Part shown: piece after piece, positions 9,088 to 17,802 of the stretch | Position numbering within the stretch: position 1 is the stretch's first letter | Layout of the letters: the number at the start of each line of letters is the position of its first letter | Source of the DNA: Gallionellaceae bacterium | GTDB lineage: Bacteria; Pseudomonadota; Gammaproteobacteria; Burkholderiales; Gallionellaceae | DNA length: 35,766 bases | Assembly: GCA_003151655.1 (NCBI GenBank) | Contig: PLYB01000275.1 | Span: 34,320-70,085, forward strand | Direction of reading: 5' to 3' | Program-made: the position numbers and the translations under genes | Notes under the pieces: model-generated | The model's database searches: none | What the model saw: only the letters and a program-made list of their open reading frames with translations | Told to the model about the DNA's origin: nothing

Positions 9088-9492
9088 TTATTCAATGCGT
9101 TGCTTCTTCAAAAATGCTGCCAGCGCACCATCCATCATGGCCAGGTGCGTGTCGAACCATTCGGGCAATCCTTCGCGTACGTAGGCACGTACTAACGGCA
9201 ATCGGCCTCGTTTAAGGCTGCGGTTGAGTTGTTGCAATTCACCGAGTACGCGGTGGTGCTCGCCTTCATGCACACCCAGCCCTTGATATTTTGCATCGCG
9301 CATCAGTTTGCCCTCGGCGATGAAGTGTTCGCGGGTATGGGTGACTAGCGTTTGAAACAAAAAAGGGAAGTCGGCATCGCTGGCGGCGATGAGCGCGGCA
9401 ACTTGGGCGATGAAGTCGCGATGTGCGCCATCGATTTCATCAACGCCTAAGTTGTGACGGGATTCGTCCCAAATTGCCTGATACTTGCTCAT
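9088..9492 (-). CDS. Hemerythrin-like metal-binding protein
   Basis: 134 aa from the ATG at 9492. Ligand pattern: H in GAHRDF, HTREHFIAE, HEGEHHRV, and HLAMMD. Its ATG overlaps the stop of the upstream SIR2-like gene (ATGA). The ORF-track extension to 9624 overlaps that gene. Confidence 0.8.
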   Translation of the reverse strand: MSKYQAIWDESRHNLGVDEIDGAHRDFIAQVAALIAASDADFPFLFQTLVTHTREHFIAEGKLMRDAKYQGLGVHEGEHHRVLGELQQLNRSLKRGRLPLVRAYVREGLPEWFDTHLAMMDGALAAFLKKQRIE

Positions 9493-10349
9493 GCCGCTGC
9501 GAGGCTGCCATTCCACGCTTGTGCGGCGGTGAGAAAATCTGCCACGTCGGCATTCACGATCTCGACGTTGAGCCTGTCCAGATAACGTTTTTCTTTGTCG
9601 GTCGGATGCGGGATAAGCGCCCACCCTGCGGGCTTGTCTGCGCCGAAGATGACATCGGAAAATACCATACGGTCAGTATCGCGATTGAGGCGCAGGCCGA
9701 GCAACAGGTAGCGTTTATTCTGGCGAGAACGTTTAACAAATGAGGGGATGGCGAACCCGCCCATCAGCTCGGTGATGTAATCGACGAAGTCGGCATCCGA
9801 CGCGATGTAGTTTGATTCCGGCAGCGGCGAGCCGAGCGGCTTAAACAGAATTGGCAGGCTGGTATCAACTGCCTCATGTTCAACGGCGGAGTAACTCGTG
9901 CCATCGTATTTGTAGATACGGAAGCGATACTCTTTTCCGGACATGCGCGCGATGCCGACGATCAGTGTGTGCGGCGTGGCGGCATATTGTTTCTGCAATT
10001 GCGTGTCACGATTGGCATCGATGATGTAGGGCAACTTTTGCTGACCGAGCCATTCGTGCAGAGAAGATATGCTCCACGGCGTATCGCGATAAGTGGCATC
10101 GAGAAACTTGGTGATTGCCGAGCGTCCGCGCTTCAGTTCCACATTCATCGCCGCACGCGGAAATTCGTACATCAGCTTGGGAGCCATCGGCTGACCGTTG
10201 TTCATCGCCAGAATCAGACTATCGCTGTCGGCGGGGATGGCTTTGCCGCTTTCCGGGCAGATCACACCATTAAGAGCTCCGGGGCCGAGATAGGGAATGA
10301 CGCTGCCATCGGCAAGGCCGGTGAAGATGTTTTCGAACCGTGGATTCAT
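9489..10349 (-). CDS. SIR2-like (SIR2_2-type) domain protein
   Basis: 286 aa with a GAGGAG SD. The motif order YLGPGA / IIDANRD / LFKPLGSP / YLLLGLRLNRDTD parallels the SIR2-like layout GAG / TNYD / KLHGS / LGxSxxD. The usual His position reads Leu. Assignment is by eye only. Confidence 0.55.
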   Translation of the reverse strand: MNPRFENIFTGLADGSVIPYLGPGALNGVICPESGKAIPADSDSLILAMNNGQPMAPKLMYEFPRAAMNVELKRGRSAITKFLDATYRDTPWSISSLHEWLGQQKLPYIIDANRDTQLQKQYAATPHTLIVGIARMSGKEYRFRIYKYDGTSYSAVEHEAVDTSLPILFKPLGSPLPESNYIASDADFVDYITELMGGFAIPSFVKRSRQNKRYLLLGLRLNRDTDRMVFSDVIFGADKPAGWALIPHPTDKEKRYLDRLNVEIVNADVADFLTAAQAWNGSLAAA

Positions 10350-10386
10350 TTGGTTAACTCCTCAGGGTAACTATTGTGAGTTACCT

Positions 10387-10402
10387 TGCAAAAATCGCGC
10401 CA
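10387..10402 (-). promoter_or_regulatory. Candidate sigma54 (-24/-12) promoter for the SIR2-like/hemerythrin unit
   Basis: The minus strand reads TGGCGC-GATTT-TTGCA, against the consensus TGGCAC-N5-TTGCA. Spacing is exact. The site is 38 nt upstream of the ATG at 10349. Confidence 0.6.
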
Positions 10403-10495
10403 TATCGTTAATCCAGTATTAACGAGGGATGCGGCTTGGTGCGGCTTGGAGCAAATGCGACAAAGTTATAAATCTTGTCGTGTGCAGGTATCTAG

Positions 10496-10562
10496 GTAGG
10501 GGCGTATGGCAATACGCCTTATCACGGTGCGCAACGAAGGGCGTATTGCCATACGCCCCTAC
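10496..10562. repeat. Perfect 23-bp inverted repeat (REP-like or terminator-like) just downstream of draT
   Basis: gtaggggcgtatggcaatacgcc (10496-10518) is the exact reverse complement of ggcgtattgccatacgcccctac (10540-10562). Confidence 0.85.
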
Positions 10563-10566
10563 GATT

Positions 10567-11469
10567 TTAATACGCCGCAATGCTCACTTCATACAATCCG
10601 CCAATCACCGTGTATTCATCTTCGCCTTGCAGCATGCCGGGCAGCAATTGCGTGTGGCAGAATATTTTGGCAAGCGGTACTTGCGCGGTTAGCAGGTAGT
10701 CACCGAACTCATCGGCACGTTCTCGGTTGGCGGTGAAGGAACTCAGATTATTGAACAGCACGACACGGTTTTTGTTATCCAGCGTTGCCAGCGTCTCGTA
10801 GTCGTCTACGCTGTTTACACCGCGATATAAGGTGAGATGAGTCCTGTCTAGTTGCTGCTTGACTAGTTCATATTGGCAATATGAATAGAGTAAATCGAAC
10901 TGTGCTTCAACTGCGTTGGTGCCATACAGCGCGGTGGCGCGCATCTCCAGATAACGTCGATAGGCATCCCCGGAAAAGTCGCGTATCGGCCCGGCGTGAT
11001 GTCGTGGTAGCAAACCGAAACGCGACTCTACCCAGCCCTTGAGTGCGGCACCTTCGCTGCCATCTGCATCAAATCCCCAGCCGCGCATCATGCGCAAGTA
11101 ATCCGCTTTTTGTCGCTTGTTAGTGGTTTGTGGCGAGTAACCGGCCTGCTCCGGCTGGTCGAGATAGAACGCGGCATTCATGTGCAAAGTAAAAGCTTGC
11201 GCGCGTTCACTGGCATCGTCAAGGCGATCCAGCAACGAGAATAAACCCTGATGAAATTGGGCTACGCCGTCGAGTTCGAGCGCTACAGGCGCGCGTTGAA
11301 AAGTGAGTCCGCCCAAGATGGACGCAGGCAGATTGCAGCGATTGATCGGTAGGCGTGCGCTGCGCGGTAATTGCAGCGACGAAGTTGTAGTCACTGCGAC
11401 AAAGCAATCTGTTTTGTTGTGTTCCACTTCCGCCAATGGATTTTGAGCTGAATTATTTTTCTCTGGCAT
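10567..11469 (-). CDS. draT: NAD+--dinitrogen-reductase ADP-D-ribosyltransferase (DraT)
   Basis: LKGWVESRFGLLP, FDLLYSYCQYEL, HLTLYRGVN and GEDEYTVIGGLYEVS match remembered DraT blocks. The gene is divergent from nifH, as in Rhodospirillum and Azospirillum. Confidence 0.85.
   Translation of the reverse strand: MPEKNNSAQNPLAEVEHNKTDCFVAVTTTSSLQLPRSARLPINRCNLPASILGGLTFQRAPVALELDGVAQFHQGLFSLLDRLDDASERAQAFTLHMNAAFYLDQPEQAGYSPQTTNKRQKADYLRMMRGWGFDADGSEGAALKGWVESRFGLLPRHHAGPIRDFSGDAYRRYLEMRATALYGTNAVEAQFDLLYSYCQYELVKQQLDRTHLTLYRGVNSVDDYETLATLDNKNRVVLFNNLSSFTANRERADEFGDYLLTAQVPLAKIFCHTQLLPGMLQGEDEYTVIGGLYEVSIAAY
11386..11401 (+). promoter_or_regulatory. NifA upstream activator sequence (TGT-N10-ACA)
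   Basis: TGTagtcactgcgACA lies about 100 nt upstream of the nifH -24 element, inside the 5' end of the draT coding region. Confidence 0.6.
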
Positions 11470-11498
11470 TTCAGTCTGTTGGCAATTTCATTAGAGGG

Positions 11499-11514
11499 TG
11501 GCACGGGGTTTGCA
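11499..11514 (+). promoter_or_regulatory. sigma54 promoter of nifH
   Basis: TGGCAC-GGGGT-TTGCA is a perfect -24/-12 consensus, 68 nt upstream of the nifH ATG. Confidence 0.85.
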
Positions 11515-11563
11515 TTGGTAGAGGTGCGAGCAACAGTATTTTTAATCGCATCTTTAATTCTGA

Positions 11564-12463
<900 letters not shown>

Positions 12464-12471
12464 TGTTGCGT

Positions 12472-12493
12472 AGGTCGGGATGAATCCCGACCT
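12472..12493 (+). repeat. REP-type hairpin after nifH
   Basis: aggtcggga-tgaa-tcccgacct gives a 9-bp stem. The same core recurs after nifK. Confidence 0.7.
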
Positions 12494-12557
12494 GCAAAAC
12501 CTACGAACCTAACTCTGACGGACTCCACATATTGGTGGGTCAATTAAGGAGAATGAA

Positions 12558-14033
12558 ATGTCTGCATTAACACGCGAAGAATCCGAAGCCCTGATTCAAG
12601 AGGTGCTTGAGGTATATCCGGAAAAAGCCAAAAAAGACCGCGCGAAACACCTTGCGGTCAATGATAAATCCATCGAACAGTCCAAGAAGTGCATCACCTC
12701 CAACCGCAAATCGTTGCCGGGTGTGATGACTATTCGCGGCTGCGCTTACGCCGGTTCCAAGGGCGTGGTGTGGGGCCCGATCAAGGACATGATTCATATT
12801 TCACACGGCCCGGTTGGCTGTGGTCAATACTCACGTGCAGGTCGTCGTAATTATTACGTCGGTACCACAGGTGTAAATACATTCGGCACGATGAACTTCA
12901 CTTCCGACTTTCAGGAAAAAGACATCGTGTTCGGCGGCGACAAAAAGCTTGCCAAAGTGATGGTCGAAATCGAAGGTTTGTTCCCGTTGAACAAAGGCAT
13001 CTCGATTCAATCCGAGTGCCCGATCGGTCTGATCGGTGACGACATCGAAGCCGTCGCGAAAAAGACCGCAGTAGAAACCGGCAAGCCGGTTGTGCCGGTG
13101 CGCTGCGAAGGTTTCCGTGGCGTGTCGCAATCGCTCGGTCACCACATCGCCAACGACGCGATTCGTGATTGGGTGCTTCCTCGCCGCGAAGGCAAGGCAT
13201 TCGAAGGTACACCTTACGACGTGGCGGTGATCGGCGATTACAACATCGGCGGCGATGCATGGTCTTCACGTATCTTGCTGGAAGAGATGGGTTTGCGCGT
13301 GGTTGCGCAATGGTCCGGCGACGGCACTATTGCCGAGATGGAAAAGACACCTTACGTTAAAGTGAACCTGATTCACTGCTACCGTTCGATGAACTACATC
13401 GCGCGTCACATGGAAGAAAAGTACAACATCCCTTGGATGGAATACAACTTCTTCGGCCCGACTAAAGTTGCCGAGTCGTTGCGTGCCATCGCTGCGCTGT
13501 TTGACGACAAGATCAAAGAAGGTGCGGAGCGCGTCATCGCCAAGTATCAGCCTTTGATGCAAGCCGTGATCGACAAGTACAAGCCGCGTCTGCAAGGCAA
13601 ACGCGTCATGTTGTACGTGGGTGGGCTGCGTCCGCGTCACGTAATCGGTGCGTATGAAGATCTGGGCATGGAAGTGGTCGGTACCGGTTACGAGTTCGGT
13701 CACGGCGACGACTATGATCGCACCATCAAAGATATGGGCAACGCCACCTTGCTGTATGACGATGTTACCGGCTTTGAGTTCGAAGAGTTCGTCAAGCGCG
13801 TCAAGCCTGACTTGGTTGGTTCCGGCATTAAAGAAAAGTTCATCTTCCAAAAGATGGGCGTACCTTTCCGCCAGATGCACTCTTGGGACTACTCCGGCCC
13901 GTACCACGGCTATGACGGCTTTGCCATCTTCGCCCGTGACATGGACATGACTTTGAACAATCCGTGCTGGGGCAAGATGCAGGCACCGTGGTTGAAGAAG
14001 GCAGAACCGGAAGAAGCAAAGAAGGCTGCTTAA
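12558..14033 (+). CDS. nifD: Nitrogenase molybdenum-iron protein alpha chain NifD
   Basis: 491 aa with an AAGGAG SD. Contains the [19 protein letters not shown] and [17 protein letters not shown] blocks. Confidence 0.98.
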   Translation: MSALTREESEALIQEVLEVYPEKAKKDRAKHLAVNDKSIEQSKKCITSNRKSLPGVMTIRGCAYAGSKGVVWGPIKDMIHISHGPVGCGQYSRAGRRNYYVGTTGVNTFGTMNFTSDFQEKDIVFGGDKKLAKVMVEIEGLFPLNKGISIQSECPIGLIGDDIEAVAKKTAVETGKPVVPVRCEGFRGVSQSLGHHIANDAIRDWVLPRREGKAFEGTPYDVAVIGDYNIGGDAWSSRILLEEMGLRVVAQWSGDGTIAEMEKTPYVKVNLIHCYRSMNYIARHMEEKYNIPWMEYNFFGPTKVAESLRAIAALFDDKIKEGAERVIAKYQPLMQAVIDKYKPRLQGKRVMLYVGGLRPRHVIGAYEDLGMEVVGTGYEFGHGDDYDRTIKDMGNATLLYDDVTGFEFEEFVKRVKPDLVGSGIKEKFIFQKMGVPFRQMHSWDYSGPYHGYDGFAIFARDMDMTLNNPCWGKMQAPWLKKAEPEEAKKAA

Positions 14034-14040
14034 AACGTAG

Positions 14041-14061
14041 GCTGGGGTGAGCAACCCCAGC
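14041..14061 (+). repeat. Hairpin after nifD
   Basis: gctgggg-tgagcaa-ccccagc gives a 7-bp stem. It is preceded by gtagg, like the nifH and nifK hairpins. Confidence 0.55.
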
Positions 14062-14155
14062 ATATGTAACGAGTTAGGTGACGCGCAAAACATTGCCGTC
14101 CAACATCAATCTACGCTGGCATCTGCAAATTAGCAGTGCGGCTAAGGAGATAAAA

Positions 14156-15724
14156 ATGCAACAAGCTGATGACATCAAACCTTGTTACCCATTGTTCCGT
14201 CAGGACGAGTACAAGGAATCACTGACTAACAAACAGGAAAATTTCGAAGAGCGTCACGAAGCTGCCAAAGTTCAAGACACCTTCACTTGGACAACCACGA
14301 TGGAATATCGTGAGTTGAACTTCAAGCGCGAAGCGTTGACGGTGAATCCGGCTAAGGCCTGCCAACCTCTGGGCGCGGTATTGTGCGCACTGGGCTTTGA
14401 AAAGACTATGCCGTATGTGCACGGTTCGCAAGGCTGCGTGGCTTACTTCCGCTCTTACTTCAACCGTCATTTTCGCGAGCCAGTTTCTTGCGTTTCCGAC
14501 TCTATGACTGAAGACGCAGCCGTGTTCGGCGGTCAGAAAAACATGATCGACGGTCTGGAAAACTGCATCGCGATCTACAAGCCGGAAATGATTGCCGTAT
14601 CGACGACCTGTATGGCTGAAGTTATTGGTGACGACTTGAATGCCTTCATTCTCAACACCAAAAAAGCCGGAAATATTCCCGAAGAATTTCCAGTTCCATT
14701 CGCGCATACCCCGTCGTTCGTGGGTTCGCATGTAACGGGTTGGGACAACATGTTTGAAGGTATCATGGGTAACTTAACCCGTAACAGCATGGACGACAAG
14801 GTTGTTGGCAAGAACGGTAAGATCAACATCGTTCCCGGCTTCGAAACGTACCTCGGCAACTACCGCGTAATCCATCGCATGCTGGATGAGATGGGCGTTG
14901 CGCACACCATGCTGAGCGATCCAACCGAAGTGCTGGATACTCCGGCTGACGGCCAGTTCCGCATGTATGCAGGTGGTACAACACAAGCAGAAGTGAAGGA
15001 TGCGCCTAATGCGATCAACACTTTCTTGTTGCAGCCGATGCAACTCGAAAAGACCAGGAAGTATGTTGAAGGAACATGGAAACATGAAGTGCCGAAGCTG
15101 AACATTCCGATGGGCTTGGAGTGGACAGATGAGTGGCTGATGAAAGTTGCTGAAGTCACCGGCAAAACAATCCCTGACTCATTGCTGAAAGAGCGCGGTC
15201 GTTTTGTTGACATGATGACTGATAGCCACACTTGGTTGCACGGTAAGAAGTTCAGCCTGTACGGTGATCCTGACTTCGTCTTCGGTATGACCAAGTTCCT
15301 CACCGAACTCGGTATCGAGCCACTGCACGTGCTGTGCAACAACGGCAGCAAAAAGTGGACAAAGGCGATGCAAGCAATGCTGGACGCAACTCCCTACGGC
15401 AAGAATACACAACTGTTCGCCGGTGCTGACTTGTGGCACTTCCGTTCGCTGGTGTTGACCGAAAAGCCTGACTTCATGATCGGCAACTCTTACGCCAAGT
15501 TTATCCAACGCGATACCTTGCATAATGGCAAAGAGTTCGAAGTCCCGCTGATCCGTATCGGCTTCCCGATCTTCGATCGTCACCACCTGCACCGTGCTAC
15601 TACGCTGGGCTACGAGGGAGCGATGCAAATGCTCACCACGCTGACCAATGCAGTACTGGAGCGTTTGGATGAAGAGACTCGCAGCATGGGAACCACCGAC
15701 TACAACCACGATCTAGTGCGTTAA
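14156..15724 (+). CDS. nifK: Nitrogenase molybdenum-iron protein beta chain NifK
   Basis: The start is moved to the ATG at 14156, after AAGGAGA. Contains the CQPLGAV, HGSQGCVAYFR and TTCMAEVIGDD blocks. The ORF-track start at 14078 adds an unsupported extension. Confidence 0.95.
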   Translation: MQQADDIKPCYPLFRQDEYKESLTNKQENFEERHEAAKVQDTFTWTTTMEYRELNFKREALTVNPAKACQPLGAVLCALGFEKTMPYVHGSQGCVAYFRSYFNRHFREPVSCVSDSMTEDAAVFGGQKNMIDGLENCIAIYKPEMIAVSTTCMAEVIGDDLNAFILNTKKAGNIPEEFPVPFAHTPSFVGSHVTGWDNMFEGIMGNLTRNSMDDKVVGKNGKINIVPGFETYLGNYRVIHRMLDEMGVAHTMLSDPTEVLDTPADGQFRMYAGGTTQAEVKDAPNAINTFLLQPMQLEKTRKYVEGTWKHEVPKLNIPMGLEWTDEWLMKVAEVTGKTIPDSLLKERGRFVDMMTDSHTWLHGKKFSLYGDPDFVFGMTKFLTELGIEPLHVLCNNGSKKWTKAMQAMLDATPYGKNTQLFAGADLWHFRSLVLTEKPDFMIGNSYAKFIQRDTLHNGKEFEVPLIRIGFPIFDRHHLHRATTLGYEGAMQMLTTLTNAVLERLDEETRSMGTTDYNHDLVR

Positions 15725-15744
15725 TGTAATCGGATGCAGAGGAA

Positions 15745-15772
15745 TGTAGGTCGGGATGAATCCCGACCTACA
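15745..15772 (+). repeat. REP-type hairpin after nifK
   Basis: tgtaggtcggga-tgaa-tcccgacctaca gives a 12-bp stem. The core is identical to the post-nifH hairpin. Confidence 0.75.
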
Positions 15773-15798
15773 AACCCCGCACATAAAGGAAGCTTCAA

Positions 15799-16023
15799 AT
15801 GGCAAACATCATGATCCAGCGTGGCAGCAAAGGCGAGTACGTGTTCTATCTGCCCAAGCGCGACCTTGAAGACGGCATCGTTTCGATGGAGTTTGATACT
15901 CCGGAAAAATGGGGCGGCGAAATCAAGCTCAACAATGGTGGCTGTTATTACATCGAACCGCAGCCGGCACCTGCAAGGTTGCCGATTTCCCTGCGGGCAA
16001 AGCGTCTGGATGCAGCCGAGTAG
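15799..16023 (+). CDS. nifT: NifT/FixU family protein
   Basis: 74 aa. MANIMIQRGSKGEYVFYLPKRDLEDGIV...LPISLRAKRL fits NifT. The position directly after nifK is canonical. Confidence 0.85.
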   Translation: MANIMIQRGSKGEYVFYLPKRDLEDGIVSMEFDTPEKWGGEIKLNNGGCYYIEPQPAPARLPISLRAKRLDAAE

Positions 16024-16027
16024 TTCG

Positions 16028-16110
16028 GTGAAAGGTGAAAAGTGACTTGCCGCTGTGCGGCTTAGGTGAAACGTAAAACTACATTTCATGTTTCACTTTT
16101 TCCGTTTCAC
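16028..16110. repeat. GTGAAAGGTGAAA inverted-repeat element (copy 1)
   Basis: Left arm gtgaaaggtgaaaagtgac. Right arm gtttcactttttccgtttcac. An internal aggtgaaacg is also present. Confidence 0.7.
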
Positions 16111-16130
16111 ATTAGAAAAGGAGAATTATC

Positions 16131-16331
16131 ATGGCAATGAAAATTAATGCGGATTTGTGTACCTCTTGTGGTGATTGCGAACCTGAATGCCCAACGGCAT
16201 CCATCAGCGTTAAAAAAGGTTTGACTGTCATTAATGCAAGTGAATGTACCGAGTGTGACGGCGAGTACGACAAGCCTCAATGCGTAAAGGTTTGCCCGAT
16301 CAAAGGTTGCATCACGCAAATAGCAGCGTAA
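16131..16331 (+). CDS. 2[4Fe-4S] ferredoxin (nif-cluster ferredoxin)
   Basis: 66 aa. [12 protein letters not shown] plus [18 protein letters not shown], the second being a CxxC-x8-CxxxCP motif with an insertion. Confidence 0.9.
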   Translation: MAMKINADLCTSCGDCEPECPTASISVKKGLTVINASECTECDGEYDKPQCVKVCPIKGCITQIAA

Positions 16332-16338
16332 GTAATTT

Positions 16339-16413
16339 GTGAAAGGTGAAACGTGATTCGTCGCGTTGCGCCTCCAGTGAAACGTAGCGCATCCACCGCG
16401 TTTCACCTTTCAC
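16339..16413. repeat. GTGAAAGGTGAAA inverted-repeat element (copy 2)
   Basis: gtgaaaggtgaaacg (16339-16353) is the exact reverse complement of cgtttcacctttcac (16399-16413). An internal cagtgaaacg is also present. Confidence 0.8.
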
Positions 16414-16435
16414 GCTTCACAAAAAAGAGGTAACC

Positions 16436-17146
16436 ATGACTTCCGCAACCGTCATCACTAAAATCGCCGCTCTGCGCATTGCGCAAGCCGCGCGCGTTCT
16501 CGCCGACGTTAATGCGGGCGCTTTCGCAGCCAAGCTGGGCGAGCAAATCGGCTTGCCTATTACCGAAGAGAAGCTTGCCAAGGTGACTGTGGCTGACATC
16601 AAGCTCATCCTCTCCGGCGAAGAGACCGTTGATCCTGATGTCGATAGTGCTTCCATCAAGCTGGCGGTGCGCCATCTGTGGGGCGCTTCCGAGGAAGATG
16701 AGAATCTGCCTAAGCCGGCCAAATATGCCGAAGGCGATATGCCCGGCAGCTTGCGCGTTGCTGTTGCGTCTAACACCGAAGAAAATCTGGACGGGCACTT
16801 TGGCTCATGCCCGCGCTTTCTCATTTATCAGGTCGGGCGTAGCGAGATACGCCTGATCGATGTGCGTTCCACCGCCATCAGCGATGATGCCGAAGATAAA
16901 AACGTGGCACGTGCCAATCTCATCAAAGATTGTCAAATCGTTTACGTGCAATCTATCGGTGGCCCTGCCGCAGCCAAAGCAGTGCGCGCCAACATCCATC
17001 CTGTGAAAGCACCGGAGGGTGGCAAAGCGAACATCGCTTTGCAACGTCTGCAAGCCGTACTCGATGCACCTCCGCCCTGGCTTGCCAAAATACTCGGCGT
17101 GGAAGCGAAATCGTTGAGCCGGTTCACGGATACGGAAGAAGAGTAG
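16436..17146 (+). CDS. nifY: NifY/NafY-like FeMo-cofactor-binding protein
   Basis: 236 aa. The N-terminal region resembles the NafY N-domain. The C-terminal core is NifX/NifB-type (RVAVASNTEENLDGHFGSCPRFLIYQV). Confidence 0.8.
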   Translation: MTSATVITKIAALRIAQAARVLADVNAGAFAAKLGEQIGLPITEEKLAKVTVADIKLILSGEETVDPDVDSASIKLAVRHLWGASEEDENLPKPAKYAEGDMPGSLRVAVASNTEENLDGHFGSCPRFLIYQVGRSEIRLIDVRSTAISDDAEDKNVARANLIKDCQIVYVQSIGGPAAAKAVRANIHPVKAPEGGKANIALQRLQAVLDAPPPWLAKILGVEAKSLSRFTDTEEE

Positions 17147-17154
17147 GGGGCAGG

Positions 17155-17433
17155 ATGATCGCCCCCGAGACACTCGAAAGTATCGCCAACGCAACTGCCC
17201 AACAGAGCGAGTTGAATGAAGCCACTCTGGCCGCGTTGAAAAAGACCTGGCCGGATTTGCGTTTTACTTTATGTAATGACGACGACATGCCTGCGCGCCT
17301 GTCGCCCGCATTGAAGCGTGAAAAATTTAACCTCTATCTGGTCAACGGCAGTGAACACTGCCTCAGTCTGACCGACGATCCGCTACAGGCGATTGGGGTT
17401 GTGTTGGCCGAGGTGGATGACGATGCGTTATAG
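17155..17433 (+). CDS. Small nif-cluster-associated protein of unknown function (intact copy A)
   Basis: 92-aa ORF starting 9 nt after the nifY stop (MIAPETLESIAN...MPARLSPALKREKFNLYLVNGSEHCLSLTDD...). Two degraded paralogous copies lie downstream. Confidence 0.7.
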   Translation: MIAPETLESIANATAQQSELNEATLAALKKTWPDLRFTLCNDDDMPARLSPALKREKFNLYLVNGSEHCLSLTDDPLQAIGVVLAEVDDDAL

Positions 17434-17511
17434 CGAAAACAGTCTGGAAATCAATTGATCCAAAGCTTGAATATGCTGTAATACTATTGGCGCGCGTAAA
17501 ATACTCACCAC

Positions 17512-17802
17512 CTACGCCCGCCCCGCCAACGTTTCCATCACGAGCTGAGGATTGCGCTCAACCAGTTGGAGTAACGCCATTGCCGGGCCGTGAGGCTGAC
17601 GGTCGCCGCGTTCCCAATGACGCAGGGTATTCACACTGATATGGCAGCGTGATGCAAACTGTTCCTGAGTCATGCCGGTTTTCTGCCGAATGCCCTTCAC
17701 GTCGGGCACGTGGGGGCGATGTATTACGGCCTCTACCGGCTCGCCTGCAGCATGGGCTATGGCTTGCTCCAAGCCCTCTCGAATACGGTCAAATGCTTTC
17801 AT
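17512..17802 (-). CDS. HTH (Xre/NadS-type) antitoxin
   Basis: 96 aa. ...IRQKTGMTQEQFASRCHISVNTLRHWERGDRQPHGPAMALL is an Xre-type HTH. Its ATG overlaps the stop of the upstream toxin gene. Confidence 0.85.
   Translation of the reverse strand: MKAFDRIREGLEQAIAHAAGEPVEAVIHRPHVPDVKGIRQKTGMTQEQFASRCHISVNTLRHWERGDRQPHGPAMALLQLVERNPQLVMETLAGRA

Noticed and set aside
9493-9624. ORF-track 5' extension of the hemerythrin ORF
   Set aside because: It overlaps the SIR2-like gene. The ATG at 9492 forms a classic ATGA coupling and yields a normal-length hemerythrin.
10447-10462. TGG-N10-ACA as a NifA UAS for the SIR2-like gene promoter
   Set aside because: It has one mismatch in the invariant TGT and lies only about 45-60 nt from the -24 element, closer than the roughly 75-100 nt UAS distances seen at the two clear nif promoters in this window.
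13266-14093. 275-aa antisense ORF inside nifD, and similar long antisense or alternate-frame ORFs in nifK, rnfC, rnfD, draT, modE/modA, modC and the LRV gene (for example 2000-2620, 14219-14731, 15179-15709, 29815-30282, 33976-34749)
   Set aside because: These are shadow ORFs opposite or overlapping genes with unmistakable protein signatures. None has a recognisable motif.
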